From contig CAWJQQ010000005.1 of the NCBI GenBank assembly GCA_963845065.1, positions 224,001 to 288,000 on the forward strand: 64,000 nt of DNA, in the 5' to 3' direction. This stretch comes from Nitrospirota bacterium. GTDB taxonomy: Bacteria > Nitrospirota > UBA9217. Made by a program: the position numbers and the translations under genes. The notes under the pieces were generated by a model that did not search any database, was not told where the DNA came from, and was given only the letters and a program-made list of their open reading frames with translations. Of the stretch, positions 9,150-19,819 are shown piece after piece (positions within the stretch are counted from its first letter, which is position 1; every line of letters begins with the position of its first letter).

Positions 9150-9165
9150 TGGCATAGGAGTTGCT
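9150..9165 (+). promoter_or_regulatory. Sigma54 promoter of fliK-flgD-flgE
   Basis: TGGCA-TAGGAG-TTGCT. Confidence 0.88.
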
Positions 9166-9180
9166 TTTAGAAAAAGTGCG

Positions 9181-10287
9181 ATGAGCACTCTACAAATTAT
9201 ATCAACAGAACAAATGAAGGCGCAGGGTGTGAAGAATGGCTCGACCGCTCCCAAACCCGAGGAGACAGGAGATTCAAATGATCCGACCTTCGGGTTATTG
9301 CTGGGACCGCTTCTAGCATCAATCTTCCAAAATGTGCAGCAAACACAACCAGACCCAATAAAGTTAAGTGATAGGACAAGTCCTGCTGGAAAGGCTACGG
9401 ATCAAACTCAGGATACCATCGAACCACAGCAGCCTACTGAACTGTCAAAGCTATTGCTCAGGATACAGAATAAAGATACAGAGATTGAGACAGAAAATAC
9501 CCTTCCGCTGCAGCTTCCTGAACCTCTTAAGAACACTAAGGGAAATATAGATAGTCAAGAACCTGCCCAGAAGGAAACTGCGGAAACAAAAAACACGTCA
9601 GCGGACGAAAACGCACAATCAGTACAAAAGGACAACGACGGCAAAAACGTTGTCGATGTGTCGGATAAGGCCGAAAAGCATAATGCCTCGTTACTACGGA
9701 ACGTCACGGTACTGGATAATGATGACAAAAACAATGGCGGGCTCCAAAAAGCAGATCCGACGACGATAGTTCGGCCTTCAAAAACAGACTTTTCAACGAT
9801 TGTACAGCAAGTACAATCTTCTGACCTGCATGCCGCGTTTCATGGAGTCGCGGCTCAATCAACGGAAACAGGAGGTTCATCTGCTGCTATACGGCCCAGT
9901 GGGGTTGAAATTTCCGATGCGTTTGATCATGCGGTGTCTATTGTGAAGGATGGGAACCGCCTAGCCGTACAGCTGGATCACAACGGTCTTGGTAAATTAG
10001 ATATCAACTTGAGCCTCGACAAGGGGGCAGTAAACGCTCAGATCAACGTGGCCGATAACGCAACCAAGAAACTGATAGAAAACAATATGCAGCAGATTGT
10101 TAATTCTATTCTTGGAGATGGGGTGAGCGTTGGCGGGTTCTCGGTGTCATTAAAACAGCAGAGTAATTGGGACGGCTCAAACCAGAACCAGCGGAACGAG
10201 ACAAGACAACGAGACGAGCCAGAGATACAGTCAGTCGTTGCTCCAAGCACCAATGTGGCTAAAGGCCTGATCAATATTTTTATTTAA
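9181..10287 (+). CDS. fliK: Hook-length control protein FliK
   Basis: Low-complexity N-terminus, C-terminal Flg_hook domain (VQLDHNGLGKLDINLSL...VNAQI), upstream of flgD. Confidence 0.88.
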   Translation: MSTLQIISTEQMKAQGVKNGSTAPKPEETGDSNDPTFGLLLGPLLASIFQNVQQTQPDPIKLSDRTSPAGKATDQTQDTIEPQQPTELSKLLLRIQNKDTEIETENTLPLQLPEPLKNTKGNIDSQEPAQKETAETKNTSADENAQSVQKDNDGKNVVDVSDKAEKHNASLLRNVTVLDNDDKNNGGLQKADPTTIVRPSKTDFSTIVQQVQSSDLHAAFHGVAAQSTETGGSSAAIRPSGVEISDAFDHAVSIVKDGNRLAVQLDHNGLGKLDINLSLDKGAVNAQINVADNATKKLIENNMQQIVNSILGDGVSVGGFSVSLKQQSNWDGSNQNQRNETRQRDEPEIQSVVAPSTNVAKGLINIFI

Positions 10288-10310
10288 ACCAGACAGAACA
10301 AGGAGGGAAT

Positions 10311-10994
10311 ATGAGTATAACAGGCGTTACGAGTACCACACAAACAGCAAACCCGTTAACATCAACAGCGGGTGCGCCATCATCGGGGGCGAATCAGACA
10401 CTAGACGAGACAGATTTTTTACAGCTTCTGACAGCTCAGCTACAAAATCAGGATCCGTTGAACCCCACGGACTCTTCTGACTTTGCGTCGCAGCTTGCTC
10501 AATTTGCTTCGGTTGAACAACTGACTAACATCAATTCTAACCTTACAAACATGGCTACATCACAAACCTCGCTGCAGAATACGATGGCCTCAGATCTCAT
10601 TGGCAAAACCGTCACAATGTCAGGTAATGAAACTACACTCAACGGACAAGCGGACATGTCTTATACGCTTCCAAGTAATGCCTCGAATGTTACAGTATCT
10701 ATCTATGACTCAACTGGCACCCTGGTGAAGTCAACGACGATTGGCCCAGAGACAGCGGGCAATAATAGTTATACGTGGGACGGCACGGACAATAACGGCA
10801 ATACGCTTGCGGCAGGCCAGTACACATTTGCGGTCAATGCTGTGGACGGTTCGGGGAATGCGATTACCGTAACGCCACTAACCAGCGGTACCGTGACTGG
10901 CGTTTCTTTCAACAATGATGTAACGTATTTGACACTAGACAACAACGCAGAAGCACAGCTCGGAGACATTACAACAATATCGGGAGGGAATTAA
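10311..10994 (+). CDS. flgD: Hook capping protein FlgD
   Basis: DFLQLLTAQLQNQDPLNP...SQLAQF; WDG.D.NG. Confidence 0.97.
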   Translation: MSITGVTSTTQTANPLTSTAGAPSSGANQTLDETDFLQLLTAQLQNQDPLNPTDSSDFASQLAQFASVEQLTNINSNLTNMATSQTSLQNTMASDLIGKTVTMSGNETTLNGQADMSYTLPSNASNVTVSIYDSTGTLVKSTTIGPETAGNNSYTWDGTDNNGNTLAAGQYTFAVNAVDGSGNAITVTPLTSGTVTGVSFNNDVTYLTLDNNAEAQLGDITTISGGN

Positions 10995-10995
10995 T

Positions 10996-12303
10996 ATGTT
11001 AGACGCATTGTATACGGCAGTTAGCGGTATGGATGCAACTAATACCGAACTCTCCGTGATCGGAAACAATATTGCAAACATGAATACCGTCGGGTTTAAG
11101 GCGAGCACTGTTTCGTTCGACGATGTGCTGAGTCAGAGCATTGCCAACGGGTCTGGAGGTTCGCAGGTCGGTCAAGGCGTTGCTATATCGAGTGTATCCC
11201 CGGACTTCTCGGAGGGCTCTTTCGAAAGTACATCAAGCAGTCTCGACATGGCTATTGATGGTAACGGAATGTTCATGGTCAACAAAAATGGCGCGGATTA
11301 CTATAGCCGGGATGGCCAGTTTTCGCTGGGTACGAACGGCAGCATTGTGGATTCCAACGGGAACGCGCTGCAAGGTTATCTTGCCAACGCTGCAGGTGAT
11401 ATAACTGGCACAATCGGTAATCTTCAACTTACGACAGGCCAAAGCCCGGCAAACGCAACAACCGTGGTTAATTTGGGGGTCAATCTCAATTCTTCGACGA
11501 CCCCAACAGCAGACACATTTACGCTTGATGGCAATGGACCCGGCAAGCCGAACGATCCTGCGAATTACGATTTCTCCAATACTACAACCGTTTATGATGC
11601 CCAAGGTGGCGCCCACAATGTAACACAGTACTTCGTGAATACTGGGGCAAATACCTGGGATGTTCATTACGTCTACGCGGACCCGGCAGTCTCCGGCCAA
11701 CTCCTTGAAGCCGGGCAGACATCGGGCGGCGCGGGTGCTGATCCGACCGGAGCGGCAACAGTACAGCAGTTAACATTTAATCCAGACGGTTCACTCGACG
11801 CAGCAGGTAGTCCAGCGACGCCAGTTACTTTCAACTTTGGTGTAGCGGTCGGTGCACAAACGATGAATTTTAATTATGGCACGTCAACGCAATATGCAGG
11901 CAGTAATGCAATTGCGAACGTGACCCAGGACGGGTACGCATCGGGGTCTCTTCAGAGCGAGAGTATATCTAACACTGGAATAATCAGCGAAGTATTTTCG
12001 AACGGTAAGACACGTGCAGTCGGACAGGTCGCGCTTGCCGGGTTTTCAGCTCCCTCGGAATTGACTGAATTGGGAGGTAATCTGTATGAACAATCGGTTG
12101 GGTCAGGCGCTCCCGTCATCGGCACAGCAGGTTCGACTGGTCTCGGGAACTTGGATTCAAGTAGTCTTGAAGAGTCAAACACAGACCTTGACCAGGAAAT
12201 GGTGCAGATGATCACGGCACAGAACGGATATGATGCAAACTCGAAGATCATCCAAACGGCAGATGATATGTTGCAGGCACTTATGAACATAAAGCAGTCA
12301 TAA
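10996..12303 (+). CDS. flgE: Flagellar hook protein FlgE
   Basis: IGNNIANMNTVGFK; VYDAQG..H; QDGYASG; LEESNTDL. Confidence 0.97.
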   Translation: MLDALYTAVSGMDATNTELSVIGNNIANMNTVGFKASTVSFDDVLSQSIANGSGGSQVGQGVAISSVSPDFSEGSFESTSSSLDMAIDGNGMFMVNKNGADYYSRDGQFSLGTNGSIVDSNGNALQGYLANAAGDITGTIGNLQLTTGQSPANATTVVNLGVNLNSSTTPTADTFTLDGNGPGKPNDPANYDFSNTTTVYDAQGGAHNVTQYFVNTGANTWDVHYVYADPAVSGQLLEAGQTSGGAGADPTGAATVQQLTFNPDGSLDAAGSPATPVTFNFGVAVGAQTMNFNYGTSTQYAGSNAIANVTQDGYASGSLQSESISNTGIISEVFSNGKTRAVGQVALAGFSAPSELTELGGNLYEQSVGSGAPVIGTAGSTGLGNLDSSSLEESNTDLDQEMVQMITAQNGYDANSKIIQTADDMLQALMNIKQS

Positions 12304-12332
12304 GATAATAGAGAGGTGACAACAAATATAGG

Positions 12333-12367
12333 AAAGGCCGCGGATAGTAATATCCGCGGCCTTTTTT
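12333..12367 (+). terminator. Rho-independent terminator after flgE
   Basis: AAAGGCCGCGGATA-GTAA-TATCCGCGGCCTTT followed by a T run. Confidence 0.92.
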
Positions 12368-13288
12368 ACGGCACCACAAACGAAAACGAAAAGCCTGCCC
12401 CATATAGGAGCTCAGACCTTATGAATATACTGACTCTAAGTCTGAAAAGAATGATTATTTTGAGCAATGACAATTACGAAATCTGTAAACGTTATTCGTA
12501 GCCATTATCTAGTCTTGAATTCGCGTTAAATAAAAAAACCATAACCACAATTAGGGAAAAAGCCAAAGATTTTTCGAGATTACCTTGCAGCATCGCACAA
12601 CACGTAATTGAAGTCACGGTCAGCATAGCAAATTTGATTCTTTAATGGCGTTGACAAAACCTGTACATACAAATCTTGATTGCATCAGCTTACTGCAGCG
12701 CTTTGCGGAGCGTCTTACCGAAAATGTCTATATTATAGGGTTTGATGATGGCTGCATTAAATCCGAATTTATTGTAGTCTGCCATGTAGGAGCGTTTGAA
12801 TAAGCGCTCTCTACAATTGTTTTCACAACTGGGCCGAATGCGAGCAGGTGAACGATGGCATCCCTTCTTTGCTTGCCGCCCAGTATGACAAGGTATATGT
12901 TTACCTCATGAAAGTGCGCCTTCGTTGCCAACACCTGTTGGGATATCTTGGTAGACTTCCTCCTGTGCCGTGCAAAGGCTACATCATAACCAAGCTCTCT
13001 CTACGTTTCTCGTGAAACGTCCGGATGAGTTGTTCATTACCCATATTGAAAAATTTTCCTTGTCCAGCAACAGCCGTGCAAGATGCTTAAGTGACACTGC
13101 CTCTTCATATGTCTGGCTATCCCTAATAAGGAACCGCCTTCTTTGAAGCCCTAACCAATATTTCGTTGCGGGAGCATTCAGAAGCCTCAAAGCAGGAGTT
13201 GCGCCATTGCAAATCAGTTTACCACGAATAAACCTGGCGACTGTATTTAACCGTTTTCATCCATGGAGCCACTACCTTAATGGCACTG

Positions 13289-14962
13289 TTATTTCAATTG
13301 TGCGCCTTCAGTCCTAAACCAGCTTAGGCTGCCCTGGATTTCCAAAGCCAGCTGAGCAAGGGTATGGGCGGCTTGCTGGATCTGGTTTGTCGACTCCGAC
13401 GAGTGGTCCGTCACTTCGGAGATAGTTCCCATGTTTCTGGTGATCTCCTCCGCTGTTGCGGACTGCTCCTCAGTGGCCACCGCGATGCGCTGGACCATGT
13501 CCAAGACCTGAGTCGACGCCATTACAATCGTGTCGAGAGCTTCACTGGCAGATTTTGCTAGGCCAACGCCTTTCTCGACCTCGGCATTTCCTTTTTTGAC
13601 CGCTACAAGTGATTTTTTCGCTTCAGCCTGGATAGTGGATATCTTTTGCTCTATGTCCTTGGTTGCGCTCGTAGTTCTGTCTGCCAGTTTTCTTACTTCA
13701 TCGGCGACCACTGCAAAACCGCGTCCTTGCTCTCCTGCACGGGCGGCCTCAATTGCCGCATTCAAAGCGAGTAGGTTCGTCTGGTCGGCTATGGTATGGA
13801 TAAGGTTGACAATCTCGCCGATCTGCCCTGAACTTCTTCCGAGTTCTTCTATTGTTTGCGCGGCTTCCCCAACCGTATCGGTGATCGAAGCCAGCCGTTC
13901 GACGGTCCGCTTCACAAGTTCTTTACCCGCCGTAGCGTTCTCAGAGGAGTTCTTGGCAGCGTCCGCCGCCTGAACGGCGTTCTGGGCCACTTCAGAAATC
14001 GTTTGGGACATCTGGGTTGTTGCTGCGGCCACTTCTTTTGCTTGGTGTGTCTGCTGCGCAGCACCATTGCCAAGGCTCTCTGCTGTTGTGGACAGTTTTT
14101 TGGAAGATGAGGAAAGATTCATGATACTCATCTTCAAGCGCGATGCGGCATCGCCGACTTTTGACGTCATGGTCGAAAAGTTTGTGATCATCGCGCCGAT
14201 CTCGTCCGTACCCCGTGCATGCAGAGCAGCCTGAGAAAAATTCCCTTGCGCCATCTGCGCCGATCGGTCGGAGACTAGGCCGACGGGGATTATGATCGTT
14301 TTCGAGAAAAAGAAGGCTACGACGATGTAAAATATGACAATGAAAAAACCACCGACAATAAACGAAATTTGAATGAAACGCGACTCTCTCTTCATTTGCG
14401 CTACCATTTCGGGGACCTGTGCGCGCACGCGATCGACAGCTTTTTTTGTCTCTTCCGACATCGTAAGATAGCGAACCGATTGAACACCGCGGGCGAGCGT
14501 CATTGCCGTGTTAGTTTTACCGCCAAGGATGGCAGGGATTAACTCCTTGTCCCGCGTTTCCGTGAATGCGGTCCAAGCATCACGCGCTGTTCTCAAATTT
14601 TCAACCAGTTCAGGATAATCGGAGGATTTCAACTGCCCGTCGATAAGACCGAACAGTTCGTCAATCCGTTTGGACAGGTCATTCACATCCTGTTGCAAGG
14701 ACGCCCGCCTGCCGGCGTCATCATCGATAATCATGGTTAGGAGCGTGGTCCGAACGAATGCAAGATTTGCCCGCAGCTTAGCAATATTATCGGCAATTAG
14801 CATGTTCCGCTCGATAACGCCATAGGTTTTCCCCCCCACTTGAACTTGGGAAAAAGCGGACACGCCGACAACAATGCCCAAGGCGGTAGCCACAATAATG
14901 ACGCCGAATATGATGTACAATTTTTTCTTAAGGGTCATATTATAGATCATTTTTTTTACCAT
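13289..14962 (-). CDS. Methyl-accepting chemotaxis protein (four-helix-bundle sensor, HAMP)
   Basis: Two TM segments, [37 protein letters not shown]; start moved to ATG 14962 (GGGAG RBS). Confidence 0.96.
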   Translation of the reverse strand: MVKKMIYNMTLKKKLYIIFGVIIVATALGIVVGVSAFSQVQVGGKTYGVIERNMLIADNIAKLRANLAFVRTTLLTMIIDDDAGRRASLQQDVNDLSKRIDELFGLIDGQLKSSDYPELVENLRTARDAWTAFTETRDKELIPAILGGKTNTAMTLARGVQSVRYLTMSEETKKAVDRVRAQVPEMVAQMKRESRFIQISFIVGGFFIVIFYIVVAFFFSKTIIIPVGLVSDRSAQMAQGNFSQAALHARGTDEIGAMITNFSTMTSKVGDAASRLKMSIMNLSSSSKKLSTTAESLGNGAAQQTHQAKEVAAATTQMSQTISEVAQNAVQAADAAKNSSENATAGKELVKRTVERLASITDTVGEAAQTIEELGRSSGQIGEIVNLIHTIADQTNLLALNAAIEAARAGEQGRGFAVVADEVRKLADRTTSATKDIEQKISTIQAEAKKSLVAVKKGNAEVEKGVGLAKSASEALDTIVMASTQVLDMVQRIAVATEEQSATAEEITRNMGTISEVTDHSSESTNQIQQAAHTLAQLALEIQGSLSWFRTEGAQLK

Positions 14963-15125
14963 AGGTTCTCCCGAAGAGCGCCGGCAACCACCAGAGAAAA
15001 CGTTGCGAGTAACGTTTTGCGGCATTCCCGTAAACTCATGAATATCTTTCGTTCTGTCCTCACCCTCCTTACGATTCAACAAGGCAGCTGTTTTCTTCAG
15101 TAAACATTAAAATACACCGGCGGCA

Positions 15126-15608
15126 TTAGGAGACAGGTGCCTCTCCAAATACGGTCTTGTGTTCCTCGGCATCGAGAAGCCGGTCCATATCGAGTAGAAT
15201 AACGAGACCCTCGGGGAGCTTAGCGATACTGGAGATGAATTCGGAGCTGATGTTCGAAGAAACCGGTGGTGGCGGCTCGACGACGTCACGGGTTATTCTC
15301 AAGACATCCGATACTGCATCTACGATCAGGCCCATGATAACCCCCCGGACATCCATGATGACGATCTTGCAAAGCTCGCTGTTAGCGTTTTCCCCAAATC
15401 CGAATTTCTTCCGGAGATTGAGGACCGGGATCACCTTGCCCCTTAGATTGATTGCTCCCTCCAGGTATGTCGGTGCATTAGGTATGGAAGTAATTTCTTT
15501 CATATTATTGATTTCCTGAACTTTCAAGATATCGACGGCGTATTTCTGCCCATCAAGTTTGAAAGTGACGAGTTGAAGCATATCGGTATGGATAACAGTA
15601 GATTGCAT
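15126..15608 (-). CDS. cheW: Chemotaxis coupling protein CheW
   Basis: LVTFKL...YAVDILKVQEI...GAINLRGKVIPVLNLR. Confidence 0.97.
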   Translation of the reverse strand: MQSTVIHTDMLQLVTFKLDGQKYAVDILKVQEINNMKEITSIPNAPTYLEGAINLRGKVIPVLNLRKKFGFGENANSELCKIVIMDVRGVIMGLIVDAVSDVLRITRDVVEPPPPVSSNISSEFISSIAKLPEGLVILLDMDRLLDAEEHKTVFGEAPVS

Positions 15609-15619
15609 GGCGGCCTCCC

Positions 15620-17242
15620 TTATACTTTGAACCAGGACATCATTTCCTGCAGGTCCACTGCAAGTTTTGCTAAGTCTGCAGAAGACTGCGTAATCTGTTT
15701 TGTAGACTCCGCAGATCGTTTGGTGATCTCCGAGATGTGCTCCATGTTCTGCGACACCTCTTCCGATGCAGCGGATTGCTGCTCAGTAGCTGCTGCTATG
15801 CGCTGCACCATATCCATGGCATTGGTCGATGCGGCCACGATGGAGTAGAGAGAGTTGCTCGCCTCATTGGCAAGTCCCACACCCTTGTCCACCTCGTCGC
15901 TGCCTCGTTTCATGGCGTCCACGGACTCGTTGGCGGCCTGCTGGATCGCCGTAATTCGCTGACCGATGTCTCTGGTGGCCTGACCAGTTCGCTCTGCGAG
16001 CTTTCGTACCTCGTCGGCAACTACGGCGAACCCGCGGCCCTGCTCGCCAGCCCGTGCCGCCTCGATTGCCGCGTTCAATGCGAGAAGATTGGTCTGGTCC
16101 GCGATGCCGTTGATGACCGCCACGATCTCGCCGATCTGGGCCGAGCTCCTCCCCAATCCTTCGATGGTGGTTGCCGCGCCTTGCACTGTGGTTGCAATGG
16201 ACGTCATGCCATGGGTCGTGGTTTCGATTACGGCCTTTCCTTTGGAGGCAGTCTCAGAGGCGGTTTTGCTCGCATCCGCCGCCCGGGAAGCATTCTTGGC
16301 CATATCTATGACGGTCTGGGAAACCTCGGTCAGGGCGGTTACAACCTGTTCGGTTTGGGAAGACAGTTCTTGGGCTCCTTTATTAAAATCATCAGAGGTT
16401 GCTGAAAGTACTTCCGAGCTCGAGGCGAGACTGGAGGTAGCCGTAGATATTTTTGATACGGTCTGTCTCAGATTATCAATCATGATCTGCAGGCTTTTAT
16501 CGATATCCCCAAACTCGTCATTCCGGTCGATGGAGAAGGTCATCGATATGTCGCCTTTAGCAATCCTGTCGATTAGCTTGACCTTTTGATGCACCATATT
16601 CGTCAGATCATGCCTCACGTACCGGTTCAAGCCTCCAACCACAATAGTGAAGACAATGAAAATGATAGTGAACCATTTGGATTTTGACCAGAAGGCCGCA
16701 TTTACATCATCGATGTACAGACCTGATCCGATAATCCAGCCCCAAGGCTCAAAACCTTTGACGTACGAGATCTTCGGAACCGGCTTGTCGAAGTTCGGCT
16801 TGGGCCAGAGATACTCAACATATCCTTCTTGGTGGTCCTTCACCATTTGAACGAACTCGATAAATAGTTTCTTACCGTTCGGGTCCTTGATCTCCGACAA
16901 ATCTTTGCCGTCAAGCTCGTACTTCACAGGATGCATGATCATGACGGGCCGCATGTCATTCAGCCAGAAGTATTCGTTCCCGTTGTAAATCAGAGACTTG
17001 ATCGCATCGATCGCCCTCTTCTGGGCTTCTTCCTGAGTAAGCTTCCCTTCGCTAACCAGTTCGTGATAATGTTGAAGTGTTCCATATGCCGTTTCGACAA
17101 CATTCTTGACCAACTGACGTTTGTCTTCAAGCATGCTATTTCTTAGTGAAAGTAGCAAGGTTACGGTAATGAGCCCCAGGGCGATGAGCGATGCTATTGA
17201 CGTGAATAACAGTTTATGCCTAATCTTTATTTGCATTTTCAT
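15620..17242 (-). CDS. Methyl-accepting chemotaxis protein with sCache_2 sensor
   Basis: YFWLND..PVMIMHP...DPNGK..F...[10 protein letters not shown]...PKISYV...[11 protein letters not shown] signalling hairpin. Confidence 0.97.
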   Translation of the reverse strand: MKMQIKIRHKLLFTSIASLIALGLITVTLLLSLRNSMLEDKRQLVKNVVETAYGTLQHYHELVSEGKLTQEEAQKRAIDAIKSLIYNGNEYFWLNDMRPVMIMHPVKYELDGKDLSEIKDPNGKKLFIEFVQMVKDHQEGYVEYLWPKPNFDKPVPKISYVKGFEPWGWIIGSGLYIDDVNAAFWSKSKWFTIIFIVFTIVVGGLNRYVRHDLTNMVHQKVKLIDRIAKGDISMTFSIDRNDEFGDIDKSLQIMIDNLRQTVSKISTATSSLASSSEVLSATSDDFNKGAQELSSQTEQVVTALTEVSQTVIDMAKNASRAADASKTASETASKGKAVIETTTHGMTSIATTVQGAATTIEGLGRSSAQIGEIVAVINGIADQTNLLALNAAIEAARAGEQGRGFAVVADEVRKLAERTGQATRDIGQRITAIQQAANESVDAMKRGSDEVDKGVGLANEASNSLYSIVAASTNAMDMVQRIAAATEQQSAASEEVSQNMEHISEITKRSAESTKQITQSSADLAKLAVDLQEMMSWFKV

Positions 17243-17273
17243 AAGGAATACCTATTTAATGTGCCTCTCCACC

Positions 17274-17545
17274 TTAAACCACGAACCACGCGGTCATTTT
17301 CTGCAGGCTGCCTAGCTTTCCTGCAGGCACCTTGGTTGGTCCCCTTAGAGGGACGTCAGTTTTGTTATACTCGAGATGTCCCCATCCCGGGTATTCCGGT
17401 ATTCCATCCGGTTTTTTCTGACTTCTCGGCAAGTACCTTCTCTGCCGCCGTCATAGAGGTCGCCAAGTAGGTTTTCCACTATTCAACTGTGAGTTATACG
17501 TCGTTATTTATCTTTTTTCGCGATCCTTGATCTGGTCGGGCATCG
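17274..17545 (-). pseudogene. Collapsed MCP remnant (TarH-like sensor fragment joined to MCP C-terminus)
   Basis: Fragments WKTYLATSMTAAEKVLAEK, GDISSITK and GSLQKMTAWFVV* across frameshifts and stops. Confidence 0.55.
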
Positions 17546-17590
17546 TGTCTTTCTGATGCAGCTCATTAAACGTTCTCTTCGCGTTGAGAA

Positions 17591-18046
17591 TTATTTATAC
17601 GCTCCAGAACCAACGATTATATCTTCATACTTCTCAATGTAGGCCGTCTTGTCTTTGATCTTTTTGGTCGCAGGTTCGGAAAACTTGTAATTCTGCCATC
17701 CCTTGCCCTTTGTTTTTGCCAGCATGATCCGTTCTTTGACAAAGGCTTTACCGCTGGGGTCCGTCAGATCGCTCAGATCCTTGCCGACCATCTTCGGGTT
17801 CTGGCCATGGGCAAGGCAGGTGCCGCTCATGTCATAGACGAAGATGTACAAGTCCCGATCCACGAATTGGCCATTTTTATTAGTAAATTCAGCAAAGGCT
17901 TTGTCCTTGCCGTTCACCTTGACAAAGCTGATTGCTTTTTTAACCAATGCTTCCGCCTCGGCAGGCGTGCCAAGATCAGCAGCAAAAGCAGTGCTCGTCA
18001 ATACCAAGCTAGCAACAAGTATCATTCCCAATATCGCTCTTCTCAT
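17591..18046 (-). CDS. Stand-alone periplasmic single-Cache domain protein
   Basis: Signal peptide ending AFA; DLYIFVYD..G.CLAH..NP..VGK...D..GK; start at ATG 18046 (AGGAGG RBS). Confidence 0.92.
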   Translation of the reverse strand: MRRAILGMILVASLVLTSTAFAADLGTPAEAEALVKKAISFVKVNGKDKAFAEFTNKNGQFVDRDLYIFVYDMSGTCLAHGQNPKMVGKDLSDLTDPSGKAFVKERIMLAKTKGKGWQNYKFSEPATKKIKDKTAYIEKYEDIIVGSGAYK

Positions 18047-18106
18047 GTAATTCCTCCTTGTCACAACACAGACAGTATGATTTTGGCGAAGACGCAAGTC
18101 TTGCCG

Positions 18107-19705
18107 TTAAGATTTAAAGAACGCTGTCAACTCCTTGAGTTCAGCAGCCAGCTGCGCTAGCTGCGATGACGACATTTTGATTGCTTCCGTGGAGGAAGCG
18201 GCTTGTTTCGCGATTTCGGAAATGCTCTCCATGCTCTGGGTTACCTGTTCCGTGGTAGCAGACTGTTCTTCCGTCGCCGCGGCAATTCGCTGGACCATGT
18301 CCATGGCATTGGTTGAGGCGGTAACGATAGAGTCGAGCGAGGCGCTCGCCTGTTTGGCCATGCCCACACCTTTGTCCACCTCGTTGCTGCCCTTTTTCAT
18401 GGCTTCCACCGATTCGGCAGCTGCGGTCTGGATCGCTGCTATCCTCTGGGCAATGTCCTTAGTGGCTTGCCCGGTCCGCTCTGCAAGCTTCCGCACTTCA
18501 TCGGCAACAACGGCGAAGCCGCGACCTTGGTCGCCAGCCCGTGCTGCTTCGATGGCCGCATTCAAGGCAAGCAGGTTAGTTTGGTCCGCGATGCCGTTAA
18601 TCACGCTTACTATCTCGCCGATCTGCGCCGAGCTTCTGCCAAGCTCTTCGATAGTTTTCGCTGCTGCCTGGACCGTCTGAGCAATGATGACCATGTCTTC
18701 GGCAGTGGAATCGACGATCTGCTTACCTTTGGTTGCAGTGTCTGAGGCGTCCTTACTGGCTTCAGCTGCGTGGGTGGCGTTTTTTGCCATGTCCATGATG
18801 GTTTGAGAAACCTCGGTTATGGCGGTCACCACTTGATCGGCCTGGGACGAGAGATTTTGCGAACCCTTGTGCATGTCATCTGACGTGCCCAAGAGTTGCT
18901 CGGAGCTGCCGACGAGCGAATTCGTTGCCGTATTTATTTCGCCAACGATATGACGAAAGTTTTTAATCATGCGGTTGAAGCTGCCGGCGACCTCACCGAT
19001 CTCATCGCGGCTCCTTACCGGGATATCTGCAGACAGATTGCCATTCGATGCGGCTTCAGCTGCCGCATTAATTGCGAACGCGGACTTTAATAATTCTCTG
19101 ACAATCAAAACAAAGAGAGTAATGCTGCCGATCACCGTAACGAGAGCGAGCAAATACTGGACCATATTCAGTTTCACAACCTTCCTGTCGAGCTTCTTCT
19201 TGGTATTGCCGTAATTGTCAGCAGCGATATTGCCCATGTCCTCTAATGCCAGGCGAAGCCGCATGCCGATGCCGATGACGCTGCCGTTGTCTAATGCCAC
19301 GATGTCGTGCGTCTTTTTTCGTGCCTCAATGAGCTTATCAATTACCTGTTCATACTCATCTAAGGTTTGCTTCGCGGTGTCATGAGCGTTCCGCCCCTCG
19401 TCACTAGAGACCAGTTTTCCGTATTTTGCGAGATCATTGCCCAACAGCTGGGTGTATTCTCTGAACTGCTTGACATATTTCTCGTCCCCACGTATGAGAA
19501 AATTTTTATAGCCCTGGACGGCAATACCGAGTTCATTTTCTGCGTTCAAACTCAGCTCTTTTTGCGCTCCCGCGGATTTAGACAAGGCCTCGTATCCGTT
19601 GATCAGACTGCGATTGCTCACGAAGGACATAATCGCCACGAATATTAAAGCGGCAAGACATACCGCAGCGGCACCGTATAGTTTTTTCGATAATGACATC
19701 TTCAT
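18107..19705 (-). CDS. Methyl-accepting chemotaxis protein (helical sensor, HAMP)
   Basis: Two TM segments, [11 protein letters not shown] sensor, RDEIG HAMP, conserved MCP hairpin. Confidence 0.97.
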   Translation of the reverse strand: MKMSLSKKLYGAAAVCLAALIFVAIMSFVSNRSLINGYEALSKSAGAQKELSLNAENELGIAVQGYKNFLIRGDEKYVKQFREYTQLLGNDLAKYGKLVSSDEGRNAHDTAKQTLDEYEQVIDKLIEARKKTHDIVALDNGSVIGIGMRLRLALEDMGNIAADNYGNTKKKLDRKVVKLNMVQYLLALVTVIGSITLFVLIVRELLKSAFAINAAAEAASNGNLSADIPVRSRDEIGEVAGSFNRMIKNFRHIVGEINTATNSLVGSSEQLLGTSDDMHKGSQNLSSQADQVVTAITEVSQTIMDMAKNATHAAEASKDASDTATKGKQIVDSTAEDMVIIAQTVQAAAKTIEELGRSSAQIGEIVSVINGIADQTNLLALNAAIEAARAGDQGRGFAVVADEVRKLAERTGQATKDIAQRIAAIQTAAAESVEAMKKGSNEVDKGVGMAKQASASLDSIVTASTNAMDMVQRIAAATEEQSATTEQVTQSMESISEIAKQAASSTEAIKMSSSQLAQLAAELKELTAFFKS

Positions 19706-19819
19706 ATAGTTTGCTCCGCATCCTCTTTTGATAATTCGGTGTGCCGAATTCCGCCACAGCCTCGTAATGACAATGCACCTATCCCCTTAATGGATAGCAC
19801 TGCACCCGCGATGACAATA

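Noticed and set aside
14997..15018. Inverted repeat AAAACGTT-N6-AACGTTTT upstream of an MCP
   Set aside because: Single occurrence with no assignable regulator; could be chance
18085..18105. GACGCAAG hairpin as a c-di-GMP riboswitch
   Set aside because: Lacks the rest of the GEMM structure, and the GCAA loop is on the non-coding strand
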